From the NCBI GenBank assembly GCA_963845755.1, contig CAWJTV010000011.1:1088001-1152000 (forward strand): DNA of 64,000 bases, written 5' to 3'. Each line of letters starts with the position of its first letter. Position 1 is the first letter of the stretch. Shown piece after piece: positions 32,174 through 41,989 of the stretch. The stretch is from an uncultured Planctomycetota bacterium (lineage in GTDB: Bacteria > Planctomycetota > Planctomycetia > Isosphaerales > Isosphaeraceae). A program made the translations under genes and the position numbers. The notes beneath the pieces are model-generated. The model saw only the letters and a program-made list of their open reading frames with translations, made no database searches and was not told the origin of the DNA.

Positions 32174-35103
32174 ATGAGCATTCCCCCTCGGACGATCCGG
32201 CGCGAGAGTGTCTTCATCAGTGCGGTCACGCGCGAACTGGGCACGGTGCGAGACCTCGTGAAGAAAGCACTCGAGGACAGCGACTATCATGCCGTCGAGC
32301 AGAAGAACTTCCCCGCCGATTACCGCGACCTGAAGGACAAGCTCCGCGAGCGGATCGGCTCGTGCGAGGCCGTGATCCACATCGCCGGCCACTGCTACGG
32401 CGCCGAGCCGCCCGAGAAGCCCGCCGACGCGCCCCGGCGCAGCTATACCCAGCTCGAATACGACATCGCCGTCGAGCTGGAGAAGCCGGTCTATGCCTTC
32501 CTCACCGGCGCCGGCTTCCCGGCCGACCGGCACGATTCCGAGCCCGCCGAGCTTCAGGAGTTGCAGGAGGCCCATCGCCATCGCGTGGCTTCGACCGGCC
32601 AGGATTACAACCCCGTGGCCACGCCGAGGAGCTCGACCAGAAGATCCGCGGCCTGCGCCTGAAAGTGGAACGGCTCGCCACCGAGCTCCAGCAGGTCGAC
32701 CAAAAGGTGGACGAGCACAGCGGCCGGTTGCGACGCGGACTCGTCGCCGTCGCGGTCCTGGTGATCACCGGGTTGGGCGCAATGGGTTACGTCGGCTGGC
32801 GGCAGCAGGCCGAACATCGGGCCCAGCAGGACGAGCAAGTGAGGCAGCAGGCGGAACGCGAACGGCAGCAGGCGGAACGCGACAAGCAGGAACGCGAACG
32901 GCTTGCGGCGGAGGCCGCTCGCAAAGAGGCTCAGACGATTCAGCAGGTCCAGCAGGAGTTCGCCGAGCGGTTCCTCCAGCAACTGTTGACGGACAAGCAG
33001 ATCTCAGCGGAGGTCGCCCGCCAGCGTGCCCTCAAGGAGTTGCCGGCGCTGGTCAAGCTCCCCCTGGCGGAGATCCAGGCCCTGATCGACCGCAAGATCG
33101 CCCCGCGGGCGACCGAGGAGAGCCTGTCTCCCCTCGACCGGGCGCGGGCAGCCCTGGCCAAGGGGAATCTTGATGAGGTGTTCCGGGCGTCGGACGAGCA
33201 GAAGCAGCAAGGGCGTGAGCTGGCGATGCTGGAAGGCACCGCGGCGCTGGCCCAGTTCCGCAAGACGCCGAAGCCGGAATGGAACACGCCGCGCCCTCGC
33301 CGCGTTCCAGCGGGCCATGGCCTCGGCCGACCCGAAATCCCCGACGGAGTGGCAAGCCTGGACCGACGCCGCGGTCGCGACCGCTTCGATTTTACACGAT
33401 CTTGCTCATTATTCGGAAGCTGAGCCACTGCTGCGGGATTGTCTGCGACTCCGCGAAGCCAACCGAGGGCCGAACTCGCCAGATGTCGCCATCGTCCTCA
33501 ACAACCTGGCGTTGTTGCTCCAGGCCACGAATCGGCTGGCGAGGCCGAGCCGCTCTTTCGCCGCGCGTTGGCGATCGACGAGCGAATCGTACGGCCCTCA
33601 CCACCCCACCGTTGCGAAAAGCCTCAACAACCTGGCGTTGTTGCTCCAGGCCACGAATCGGCTGAGCGAGGCCGAGCCGCTCTTTCGCCGCGCGTTGGCC
33701 ATCGACGAGAAATCGTACGGCCCCGACCACCCCGACGTTGCGATCGACCTCAACAACCTGGCGTTGTTGCTCCAGGCCACGAATCGGCTGAGCGAGGCCG
33801 AGCCGCTCTTTCGCCGCGCGTTGGCCATCGACGAGAAATCGTACGGCCCGGACCACCCCGACGTTGCGATCCACCTCAACAACCTGGCGGTGTTGCTCTA
33901 TGCCACGAAACGAATGACAGAGGCCGAGCCGTTGATGGCACGGGCCATTCGCATCCTCTCGCAATTCCAGCGATTGACCGGTCACGAACACCCGAACCTG
34001 CGAACCGATGTCGAAAACTACCGCCAACTGCTCACCCAGCACAAGCTGGCCGAGCCCGAGATCGCCAGGCGGATCAAGGCAGCGAGAGAGGGGACGGACA
34101 AGCTGTCGCCCATCATCCCCGAGGTGGAGCGGCTCCTCGGCCCGGCCAGACCGGTCGCGGACGTGCTGACATCCCTGGATCGCCAGTACAAAGAGCAGGG
34201 CAGACCGGCCGTCTATTTCCTCAGGCCCAAAGAACCGATCGCCCCTCATCTCGACGAGCTCCTCCGGCCCGACGGCGACTGGTTGAATGCCCAGGGAGTC
34301 CTCGCGTTCCGCAGGCGTGATTATGCCAGCGCAGTCGTGTTCTACGACGCCGCCCTGGAGCTGATGGCCGGCCAACCCGCAAAGCTTCCGACACGGCTCC
34401 TCATTCGCCTGAATCGTGCGGCGGCCTTGCGCGACTTGGGCCAGGTCTCGCAGGCGCGCGACGACCTCGTAAAGCTACTGCCCGAGCTCGATCAGCTCCC
34501 GGCCACGGAATCCACAACGAAGGGCCGGGCTCGCTATCACCTCGCGGTTTGCCAGTGGCGCCTGGGCGATCGGGCCGCGGCCCAGAAGTCGGTGGAGGAG
34601 TCGCTCGCCGTTTACGACGCCGCGCCGAAAGCGAAGCCCGTCGATCCTGGCATCCGTCAGCAGTCCGAGGAACTGCTCGCGGCCCTGAAGGCTGGAAAGG
34701 CCCCACCGCCGCTGGCCGCGATCGACGCACCCGCCGCGCTCGAGGCCGCCCGAGCCCGCTATCGAGCCCGCGAGGCGCTGACGAGGCTCCCCTTGAAGGA
34801 GAAGGCGGCTCCCTTGCTGGATCAGGTCCTCGGCCCGGCCCGGTCCACCGAGGAGGTCTTCGACGGCACTCGACCGCTACTACCGCGAGCAAGGGAAGCC
34901 CGCCGTCTGGTTCCTGCCGCTGAAGGAACCCATCGCGCCGCACCTCGATCAACTCCTCGGGCCGGCCAAGACCGTCAAGGAGGTGCTCGACTCTCTCGAC
35001 CGGCAGATACCGTGCCAAGGGGAAGCCTGCGGTCTGGTTCCTGCCGATCAACGAGCCGATCAGCCCGCACCTCGACGAGCTTCTGGGCAAGCCATCGAAG
35101 TAG
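32174..35103 (+). CDS. DUF4062 - TM - coiled coil - TPR protein with ~42-aa repeats; several frameshifts
   Basis: VFISAVTREL...SYTQLEY; TM GLVAVAVLVITGLGAMGYVGW; LNNLALLLQATNRLSEAEPLFRRALAIDE TPRs; ends PHLDELLGKPSK-TAG. Confidence 0.8.
33497..33890 (+). repeat. 126-bp tandem coding repeat (42-aa kinesin-light-chain-type TPR)
   Basis: CTCAACAACCTGGCG at 33497, 33623, 33749, 33875. Confidence 0.9.
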
Positions 35104-35213
35104 GGCTCGCTTGCTGGGGCGATCTGCCTGCAATCCAGATCGCTGAATCAGTGGCGTCGGTTTCTTTCCGAGTGAACACAGACTGATAGACCGTCCTCTT
35201 GATGGAGGTCATC

Positions 35214-35254
35214 GTCTTGACAGTCTTGACGGTCTCGACATCGCGGGGTAGCGT
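35214..35254 (+). promoter_or_regulatory. Three tandem 9-mers over a putative -35
   Basis: GTCTTGACA GTCTTGACG GTCTCGACA; TTGACG-N17-TAGCGT. Confidence 0.55.
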
Positions 35255-35272
35255 GAGGATGGGAGGTGAACC

Positions 35273-35470
35273 ATGCCCAAAGAAACGCCCCGATCGTCTT
35301 TCCGTCTGACGGCTCGCACGATCCAGCGAATCGAACTGATCGCCAGATGGCGCGGGGGCATGACCAAGACCCGAGTCATCGAAGAAGCCGTTACAGCCCT
35401 CGCCAACGAGGTGCCTGCGTGGTTCCTGGAAATGGACGCCAAACGACAGAAACACCAGGCGAAAACCTGA
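35273..35470 (+). CDS. Ribbon-helix-helix-like DNA-binding protein
   Basis: GGAGG RBS; SSFRLTARTIQRIELIAR...MTKTRVIEEAV pattern. Confidence 0.6.
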   Translation: MPKETPRSSFRLTARTIQRIELIARWRGGMTKTRVIEEAVTALANEVPAWFLEMDAKRQKHQAKT

Positions 35471-35482
35471 AAGGATCAACCC

Positions 35483-35725
35483 ATGGCCACCCACCTGCAA
35501 GTCCGCGATCTCATCACCGCCCAGCCCTTCCAACCGTTCCACGTCCGAATGGCCAGTGGCAGGACCTTCGAGGTCCGGCACCCCGAGAACATCGCCTGCT
35601 CTCAAAACAACCGCGACATGGTCATCTACGATGGCGACGAAATGATCCGCGTCGAAGCCCTCCTGGTCGAGATCCTCGAGCCGGTGAAAGCCACCAAGTC
35701 AACGGAGGGCAACGGCTCGTCATGA
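35483..35725 (+). CDS. Small hypothetical protein
   Basis: AAGGA RBS; QPFQPFHVRMASGRTFEVRHPE motif. Confidence 0.7.
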   Translation: MATHLQVRDLITAQPFQPFHVRMASGRTFEVRHPENIACSQNNRDMVIYDGDEMIRVEALLVEILEPVKATKSTEGNGSS

Positions 35726-35885
35726 TTCCGGATCTGCCCCGAACTCGTTGAGAGGACCCCCGCTCGGGCACAGGGCGATTCGCATTCCTCCCGAATCGTC
35801 GGCCCGGTCGAATTCGGGCAGGAGGGATCCGCCATGCAGACCATTACGCTATCCAAGGACGCCGTCGCCGTGCTCCGACTCCGCG

Positions 35886-36434
35886 TCAAGGGCCTTCGGC
35901 TGCTGCGGCTTCCCGGCCGATCCGGTCGAACTCGCGCACCGCATCCAGGGCCTGGTCGATCGGGACATGAGGTTTCAGCCGACGAGTGTCGGCGAGGACT
36001 TCGACACCGCGGGGAACGCCGTTCTCCCGGGTCACGTAGAGGGCCGTGGCCAGATTCTCCAACTCCGTCACGCCCTTGGAGCCGAAGGCCTGCGCGACGT
36101 ACGTGATCTCGCGGGCGTACTTCGCCAGCGTCACGGGGTGGCGCGACGCGAATTCGGCGCTCGTCCCGGTCGGCACGAGGCCCGGGCCGTAGCCGGGCGA
36201 CCGGTGATCGAACTCGATCAGGAAATCCGCCCGCAGCGCGGTCATCTCCTCGCTCAGGTCGAACGAGTACGGGCCGTGCTTGTACAGGATGAACTCGTAT
36301 CCGGTCGGCACTCCGAGCAGTTCCTGAAGGAAGTAAGTCGCCTTCTGCATGTGGGTGTGGCCGCACCAGCTTTCTTCGCGTCGAAGCTGGTCGGCCAGCT
36401 CGGTGAGGATGGCGGCTTTCTGAAGGCGGTCCAT
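35886..36434 (-). CDS. YwgA/SocA-like protein
   Basis: MQKATYFLQE...FILYKHGPYSFDL...ELENLAT; 3 bp downstream of the HD gene. Confidence 0.65.
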   Translation of the reverse strand: MDRLQKAAILTELADQLRREESWCGHTHMQKATYFLQELLGVPTGYEFILYKHGPYSFDLSEEMTALRADFLIEFDHRSPGYGPGLVPTGTSAEFASRHPVTLAKYAREITYVAQAFGSKGVTELENLATALYVTRENGVPRGVEVLADTRRLKPHVPIDQALDAVREFDRIGREAAAAEGP

Positions 36435-36437
36435 GGG

Positions 36438-39078
36438 TCAGGTCTCCTTGCGGGCCTGGATGAGCTGGTCACGGTTTGCGGTCAGCCAGTGGGTTGCATC
36501 CTTGAGCAGGTCCGCCCTGATGAACACGTAATCGACGGCGACCACCGGGAGGTGTTGTAATACCTCGGAGAGCTTCTCCGACGACGCGATCCGCCCATCC
36601 CGGAGCAAGACCGGAAAGACCGACGACTCGCGTTTCTGCGTGTACTTGTCGTGCCGGACGTTCTCCTCGCCAAACTCCGCCTTCGCCCCCTGGAACACGG
36701 CCTGGGCCGCCTCGGGATTCACCTTCACGTCCTCCGGATGGCGCTGATAGAGGACCTTGAAGTGGTCGTGGTGGGCGATCCGCCGCGCGGCAGCGTGACC
36801 CGCCAGCGACACGTCGCTCGCCGCAGCCAGGATACGGGAGTTCACTTCATTGTCGGTCATTTGCAGATGCGACTCAAGACCCGTCTGAAATTTTCCACCG
36901 GGCAGGTCGGCGGAGAGGAAGTCCTTGAGATGGATATCGTAGATCCGCCGGATCGGGTGGAAGTAGACCTGCGAGTACATGTAATGGCGGGCGAGCAGCA
37001 GCGCCTCGGCCGAGTGGAGACCGCCTTCTTCGACGCCCAGGGTGGGCTCGGCGACCGTATCCGGCTCGACCTGGAGGTGCAAAGGGATGATGCGCAGCGT
37101 ATCGATCAGGCGGAAGTGATCGAATCGCCCGTAGGCAACCCCAGCGTGATAGGAGTCGCGGAGCAGGTAATCCATCCGGTCGGCGCCGAAGGCATCGCCG
37201 ACGATGATCTCGGCCAGGATGGCTTCCCAGTACGAGAACGTGAGGCCCGTGGCCTTCCGGGGGCCGATGGCCAGCTTGACGACATCCAGCGGCCGCAGGG
37301 GCGGGGTCATGGACGTCCATAGGCTGGCCAGCTCCGGGCTCAGGATGATTTCCCGGCTCAGACGTTCGTGGTCCCAGCCCTCGGGGAGGAGTTCCTTCTC
37401 CGCCGCGTGCGAGAAAGGCAGGTGGCCCATGTCATGACAGAGCGCCGCCATCCGCAGGACCCGGCGCCAATATTGGAGCTGATTCGGCTGCCCGATCTCC
37501 TCGAGGACCTTCCGGACTTCGTCGCTAACGTTCGTGGGGTTAGGGCGCTCAACAATAAGTTACCGAATTTGGCTCTGTTTTCTGTGCGGTCGTATCTGAT
37601 AATTCCACTCGCCGTGAAAACTGTTACGGCGTATGAGGACTTCGGATAATTGCATACTGGATACGGTCTTTGCCTTCTGGTAGTGATTCTCGTCGAGCCA
37701 AGCGTGAACTTCCAGGCCCTCCTTGGTTCGCGTGCAGCCGATCAGCTTGACGACGATCTCCAAGGTCTCCAGGGGAACACCTCGCCAATTGCGGGTGATG
37801 TGGCAAAAGAGCCGATGCTCGATCTTGTTCCACTTGCTCGTGCCCGGTGGATAGTGGCAAAGTTCCACTGCCAGGCCCGTTTCGTTGGCGAACTGTTGAA
37901 CGGCCCACCTCCAGAGGCGCGTTCGCGGGCTGTTGCTGCCCCCACTGTCGGCCGTGATCAGCAACCGCGTCGCTCGCGGATATCTGGGTTGCCCCAGGCG
38001 CTCCCACCAGCGACGAATCGCGGCGACCGCGAACTCGGCCGTATCGTGGCTGATCCCCACCGACACGCCGGCTTCGTTGTGGGCCAGGTCGTAGACCCCG
38101 TACGGCACCGCCTTGCCGAGCTTCTTGTCCGGGAAGTCATGGGTCTTGACCTTCTTGGGGTCTCCCTTCCTCCGGTAACTGCGACCCGGATTCTTGAGAT
38201 TTCCCAGGGGCTCTTTCTTCTTCGTATCCACCGATATGGTCGGCTGTCCCGCACGCTGGAAGGCGGTGACTCGCTTGCTGATGTGTCGGAATTGTGCATC
38301 ACGATCCGGATGCTGCTTGCCTTCGATCGTCTTGCGGTTGGCTTGCAGGCTATAGCCGCACTCATGCAGGAGTCGGCCCACCGTGTTGGCGCTCACCGCG
38401 AACCCGTCTCGCGCCAACTCATCCGCCAACGTCCGCGTGCTCTTACACGTCCATCGGAGTGGCGACATGGGGTCGCCTCGCCGCCGGCATCGACCAGCTT
38501 CTGCAGGGCTTCGACGAGCTTCGGCTGCTCGGACGTCGCGGCATTTACGGCCGCCGCGACCGGCGTTGTTGGGTCGGCGGTGGCGAGTTGAGATCAGCCA
38601 GATCCCGGATCCCGGTTCGAATCGTGCGGTCCGACATCCCTGTAGCAGCAGCCACCGCTTCGATGCCGCCCCAACCGAGCGACCGCGACTCCACTGCGGC
38701 CCATCGCCTTCGAGCGAGCTCATCCAAGTCCCCGACAATCGCGGAATACTTCTCACGAATCCATTCGACGACTTGTGTGTTCGGCATCCTCGGAAATATC
38801 ATCCAACCTGCCGTCGTCCGTCAATACCAATTTCGGTAACTTATTGTTGAGCGCGCCTTAGTAACGATATCGAAGACTCTGCTGGCCAGCTCCATGACCC
38901 CGAGCGAATGCTCGAAACGCTTGTGCGTCGCCGCCGGATAGAGCATGTAGGTCAGCGCGAGTTGGTGGATATGTCGGAGGCGCTGGAACGGTCGCGAGTC
39001 CAGGACCGCACGCTCGTCCGAATCGAGTCGGACGAAGACGTGGATCGGGTCGCGGATCTCATGCAAGTTCTTGCCCAT
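36438..39078 (-). pseudogene. HD-domain dNTP triphosphohydrolase-like gene (YwfO/SAMHD1-like), interrupted by IS
   Basis: IRDPIH, FQRLRHIHQL, RFEHSLGV, ALCHDMGHLPFSH, ADRMDYLLRDS; removing the IS restores the frame (DIVTNPTNVSDE). Confidence 0.9.
37544..38857 (-). mobile_element. ISAzo13-family IS copy 1 (1314 bp); transposase frameshifted ~38480-38560
   Basis: TIR core CTCAACAATAAGTTACCGAA at both ends, (T)TAG duplication, near-identical to 60209-61522. Confidence 0.93.
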
Positions 39079-39247
39079 CGCGTCCGTCTCACGGCCTGGA
39101 CCACGGCGCCGATTACCCACGCCGAGGAATCGTCGTGTCCAGCAACGATAACCTCTCGTTGGGCTCGGTCAAGGTCGGGGGCAGAAATGAGGTGTCGTCA
39201 CGGAAGCCGGTCAGCCGGCCCCGAGACGGGCTGTTGGACGCGGTTGC

Positions 39248-39507
39248 TCATGATGTCCAATTCTCGATGCTCAAGCCGGGCACGGCAGATAGGTCGGTAT
39301 CCTCGCTGACAACGGTGCACTCGCCCAGGACGAGCGCGATGGCCGCGACCTGGATGTCTCGATTCCGAAGAATAGCTCGCCCACCACCGGGATGCACGTG
39401 CCCACTGCTGCTCCTGTCAAGCGAGCCGCCCTGGCCCGCTGGTCAACGCCTTTGCGACGATTGATCAGATCGCCCACGGCGCCGGTGTCGAGCAAATATC
39501 GTCTCAT
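39248..39507 (-). pseudogene. VapC-type PIN toxin with internal deletion
   Basis: YLLDTG...GELFFGIE joined out of frame to DIQVAAIAL...VVSEDTDL...ENWTS*. Confidence 0.8.
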
Positions 39508-39812
39508 TCGAATAACCCTTTAAGTCGCTCGGCTCGTTCGTCGAATCGGGCCTTCTCCCAGTCTCGCCGCTGTTGCCGTGCGGATTGCAGCGCGGCCTCC
39601 TCTTCCGCGGAGAAGCTCAAGGGTTCGAGCGAGGCGAGCCAGGCGAGCCAGCGAGCGATGGACTGCGGGTCGTCGCCGAGGAGGTCTCCCGGGGAATCGG
39701 TCTCGAGCGGTTCTGCGATCGGCTCGACCGCCAGTGCGGTCCCGTCGGGCCAGTCAACCGGTTGTGTCGGGACGATCTGCCCGTTCTTCCAGATCGCGTG
39801 AATGGATTTCAT
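39504..39812 (-). CDS. Putative antitoxin (DUF104/AF2212-like N-terminus)
   Basis: MKSIHAIWKNGQIVPTQPVDWPDGT; ATGA overlap with vapC. Confidence 0.7.
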   Translation of the reverse strand: MKSIHAIWKNGQIVPTQPVDWPDGTALAVEPIAEPLETDSPGDLLGDDPQSIARWLAWLASLEPLSFSAEEEAALQSARQQRRDWEKARFDERAERLKGLFE

Positions 39813-40146
39813 CGCGGTGCCCCCCTCCTTCGTCGGTGATGCGCCCGGATCGGATCAGACTTCGTCGCGATCGTCGTCTTCATCCCACCAGATATCGCGG
39901 TCGATGTCCATCGGGAATGAATTCGTGGCGAATTATCCTTAACATTCCTGGACCGCCCGTATCAAGCGCAGGGCAAGCCGGAGGTCTATTACCTCAAGGC
40001 GGTCGGCAGGAGTTCAGTGACCCCGGGTCTGGATGTCGTCGGCCTCTGTCGAAGGGCAATCGGGGGGTGCCGGATTGAGCCCCGAATGGGCGCGATGACA
40101 GCTCGGCGCGAGCCCCGAGAACGCCAGCCCGATCCTCTGGCGGTCC

Positions 40147-40295
40147 GCGAGCCCCGACGGGGCGACATCACCGCCGGCGCGGCGTGGAGCGATGTCGCCC
40201 CGTCGGGGCTCGCCGGAAGGGAGGGAGCCGAGGCGTGGCGGGAGGTCCCGGGGTTGACACCACCCCGGGCTTTACGATCTCGTCCCGTTGGGACT
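40147..40295. repeat. REP/REPIN-like palindromes
   Basis: Perfect 23-bp IR at 40147-40169 / 40191-40213; CCCGGGGT...ACCCCGGG hairpin follows. Confidence 0.75.
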
Positions 40296-40359
40296 GGCCG
40301 GAGCGTCTCGGTTGGGAACCGCTCGATTCCTGGGTGGACTTTGATCCGCCGGTCGCCCA

Positions 40360-40535
40360 AGCCGAGCGAACCGATCGTCCCGCACCTCGATCAACTGCTT
40401 GGGCCGGCCCGGTCGGTCCAGGACGAGCTCGACTCGCTCGGCCGGCAGAACCGTGCCCAGGATAAGCCCGCGGTCTGGTTCCTGCCGCTCAACGAGCCGA
40501 TCAGCCCGCACCTCGACGAGCTGCTGGGCAAGGCT
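40360..40535 (+). pseudogene. Orphan 3' end of a DUF4062-TPR paralog
   Basis: EPIVPHLDQLLGPARSVQDELDSLGRQNRAQDKPAVWFLPLNEPISPHLDELLGK matches 34925-35090. Confidence 0.85.
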
Positions 40536-41048
40536 TTCGAGTCGGGCTTGGTCATATGGGGCACCAGGCGATTCGCATTCCTCCCGAATCCTCGGCCCGG
40601 TCGAATTCGGCCTGGAGGGACCCGCCATGCCGACCATTGCGCGATCCGAGAACGCCGTCGCCGTGATCCGATTCCGCGTCAACCCTGGAGACTCCCGGCG
40701 GGAGACCTGCGGTCCGGGCCACGGCGGGGTCGACAGACCCGCGTCGAACGTCGGACATCCTCGACCGGGATCGACCCAATCGCCAGGGGCCCGCGTCATC
40801 GCGGCGGAGAAGCCTCGTAGCGAATCCTCTTTGGTAACAGGGAGTTACGGGCGATGGACCGACGAACGGGACTCGGGCGGCTCGGGAGAGCGATCCGATG
40901 CCGCTCGGAGACGTTCCGGAACGGCTCGACAACGATCTGGCGAACCCGAGTCGGTTGAGATAAACTGGAATCGAAGTGATCGGGGCGTCCTGATCGGCGG
41001 ACGACTCGATCGATATTGACGGACAAACCTGACGAGGCGGGGTTCACC

Positions 41049-41386
41049 ATGCGTTTGGCGCCCGTGATCCTGCCCGACCTGGGAACCGGTCCGGACGTAC
41101 CGATCGTCGTGAGTCACTGGTTCGCGGCGCGAGGGCAGTGCGTCTGGGAGGGGGAACGGCTGGTGGAAGTGCTGGCCGGACCCGCGACCTTCGACGTCCC
41201 TTCGCCGGTGACCGGACACCTGGCCGAGATCCATGGCCAGGAAGACGATCGCGTCGAGCCGGGGGCCGTTCTCGGTCTGGTCGCGGAGGAGGATGCGGCC
41301 GGGCCGACGGGCGACCACGACCACGGCGCGGCGGTCCCCGCGGTCCGGTCCGTCGCGATCCCCGACCTCGTCGCCCCACGACATGA
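41049..41386 (+). CDS. Lipoyl/biotinyl-carrier-like domain lacking the acceptor Lys; 3' end uncertain
   Basis: VSHWFAARGQCVWEGERLVEVLAGPATFDVPSPVTG...VEPGAVL. Confidence 0.7.
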
Positions 41387-41845
41387 CGACGTTCCACGAG
41401 CACTCCGCCGGCGTGATCCCTTACCGCCGGGCAGACGATGCGGGCCCACTCTACCTGGTCCTTCATTCCGCCACGGTTCGCAACCCTCGCGCCAAGTGGG
41501 AATTCCCCAAGGGCGGGGTCGAGCCGGGCGAATCGATCCAGGCCGCCGCCGCGCGCGAATTCCAGGAGGAGACCGCCCTGGTGGACTGGTCCTTCCATGA
41601 CGGATTCCAGCGGAACCTGTCCTACACCTACATCCGGCGCGGTCACAAGGTCGTCAAGACCGTGACCTACTACCTCGTCGAAGTCCGAGACCCCGCGCCG
41701 CTGGCCCGATCCCCCGAGCATATGGAAGACCCCTCCGGCCAGTGGTATCACTGGGGCACGTTCGAGCAGGTCAGCGCAGTTGCTCTATCACAGCAAGATC
41801 CGCCAGATCTTCGCCGAGGCGGACGCCTTCCTCCGGAAGCCGTGA
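41383..41845 (+). CDS. NUDIX hydrolase (Ap4A-hydrolase-like); frameshift ~41775
   Basis: WEFPKGGVEPGESIQAAAAREFQEET Nudix box. Confidence 0.88.
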
Positions 41846-41989
41846 CCGCCGCTCGACAATTCGCTGGCGGCGCCTGTCTACGCGGGTCCTCGATCCGCGT
41901 TCTTCGACTCGGGCGCGGGCCGGGAGACCCGCGCCGATCCGCCGGGTTTTCACCGGGGCATATTCATCGCCCGACCCATCGCCGGGCGA

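Noticed and set aside
33497..33890. 126-bp repeats as CRISPR or DGR template/variable repeats
   Set aside because: Contiguous in-frame TPR coding repeats; no spacers and no reverse transcriptase in the window
21000..40700. Integron or prophage as explanation of the island
   Set aside because: No tyrosine/serine integrase, attC-like arrays or phage structural genes are visible
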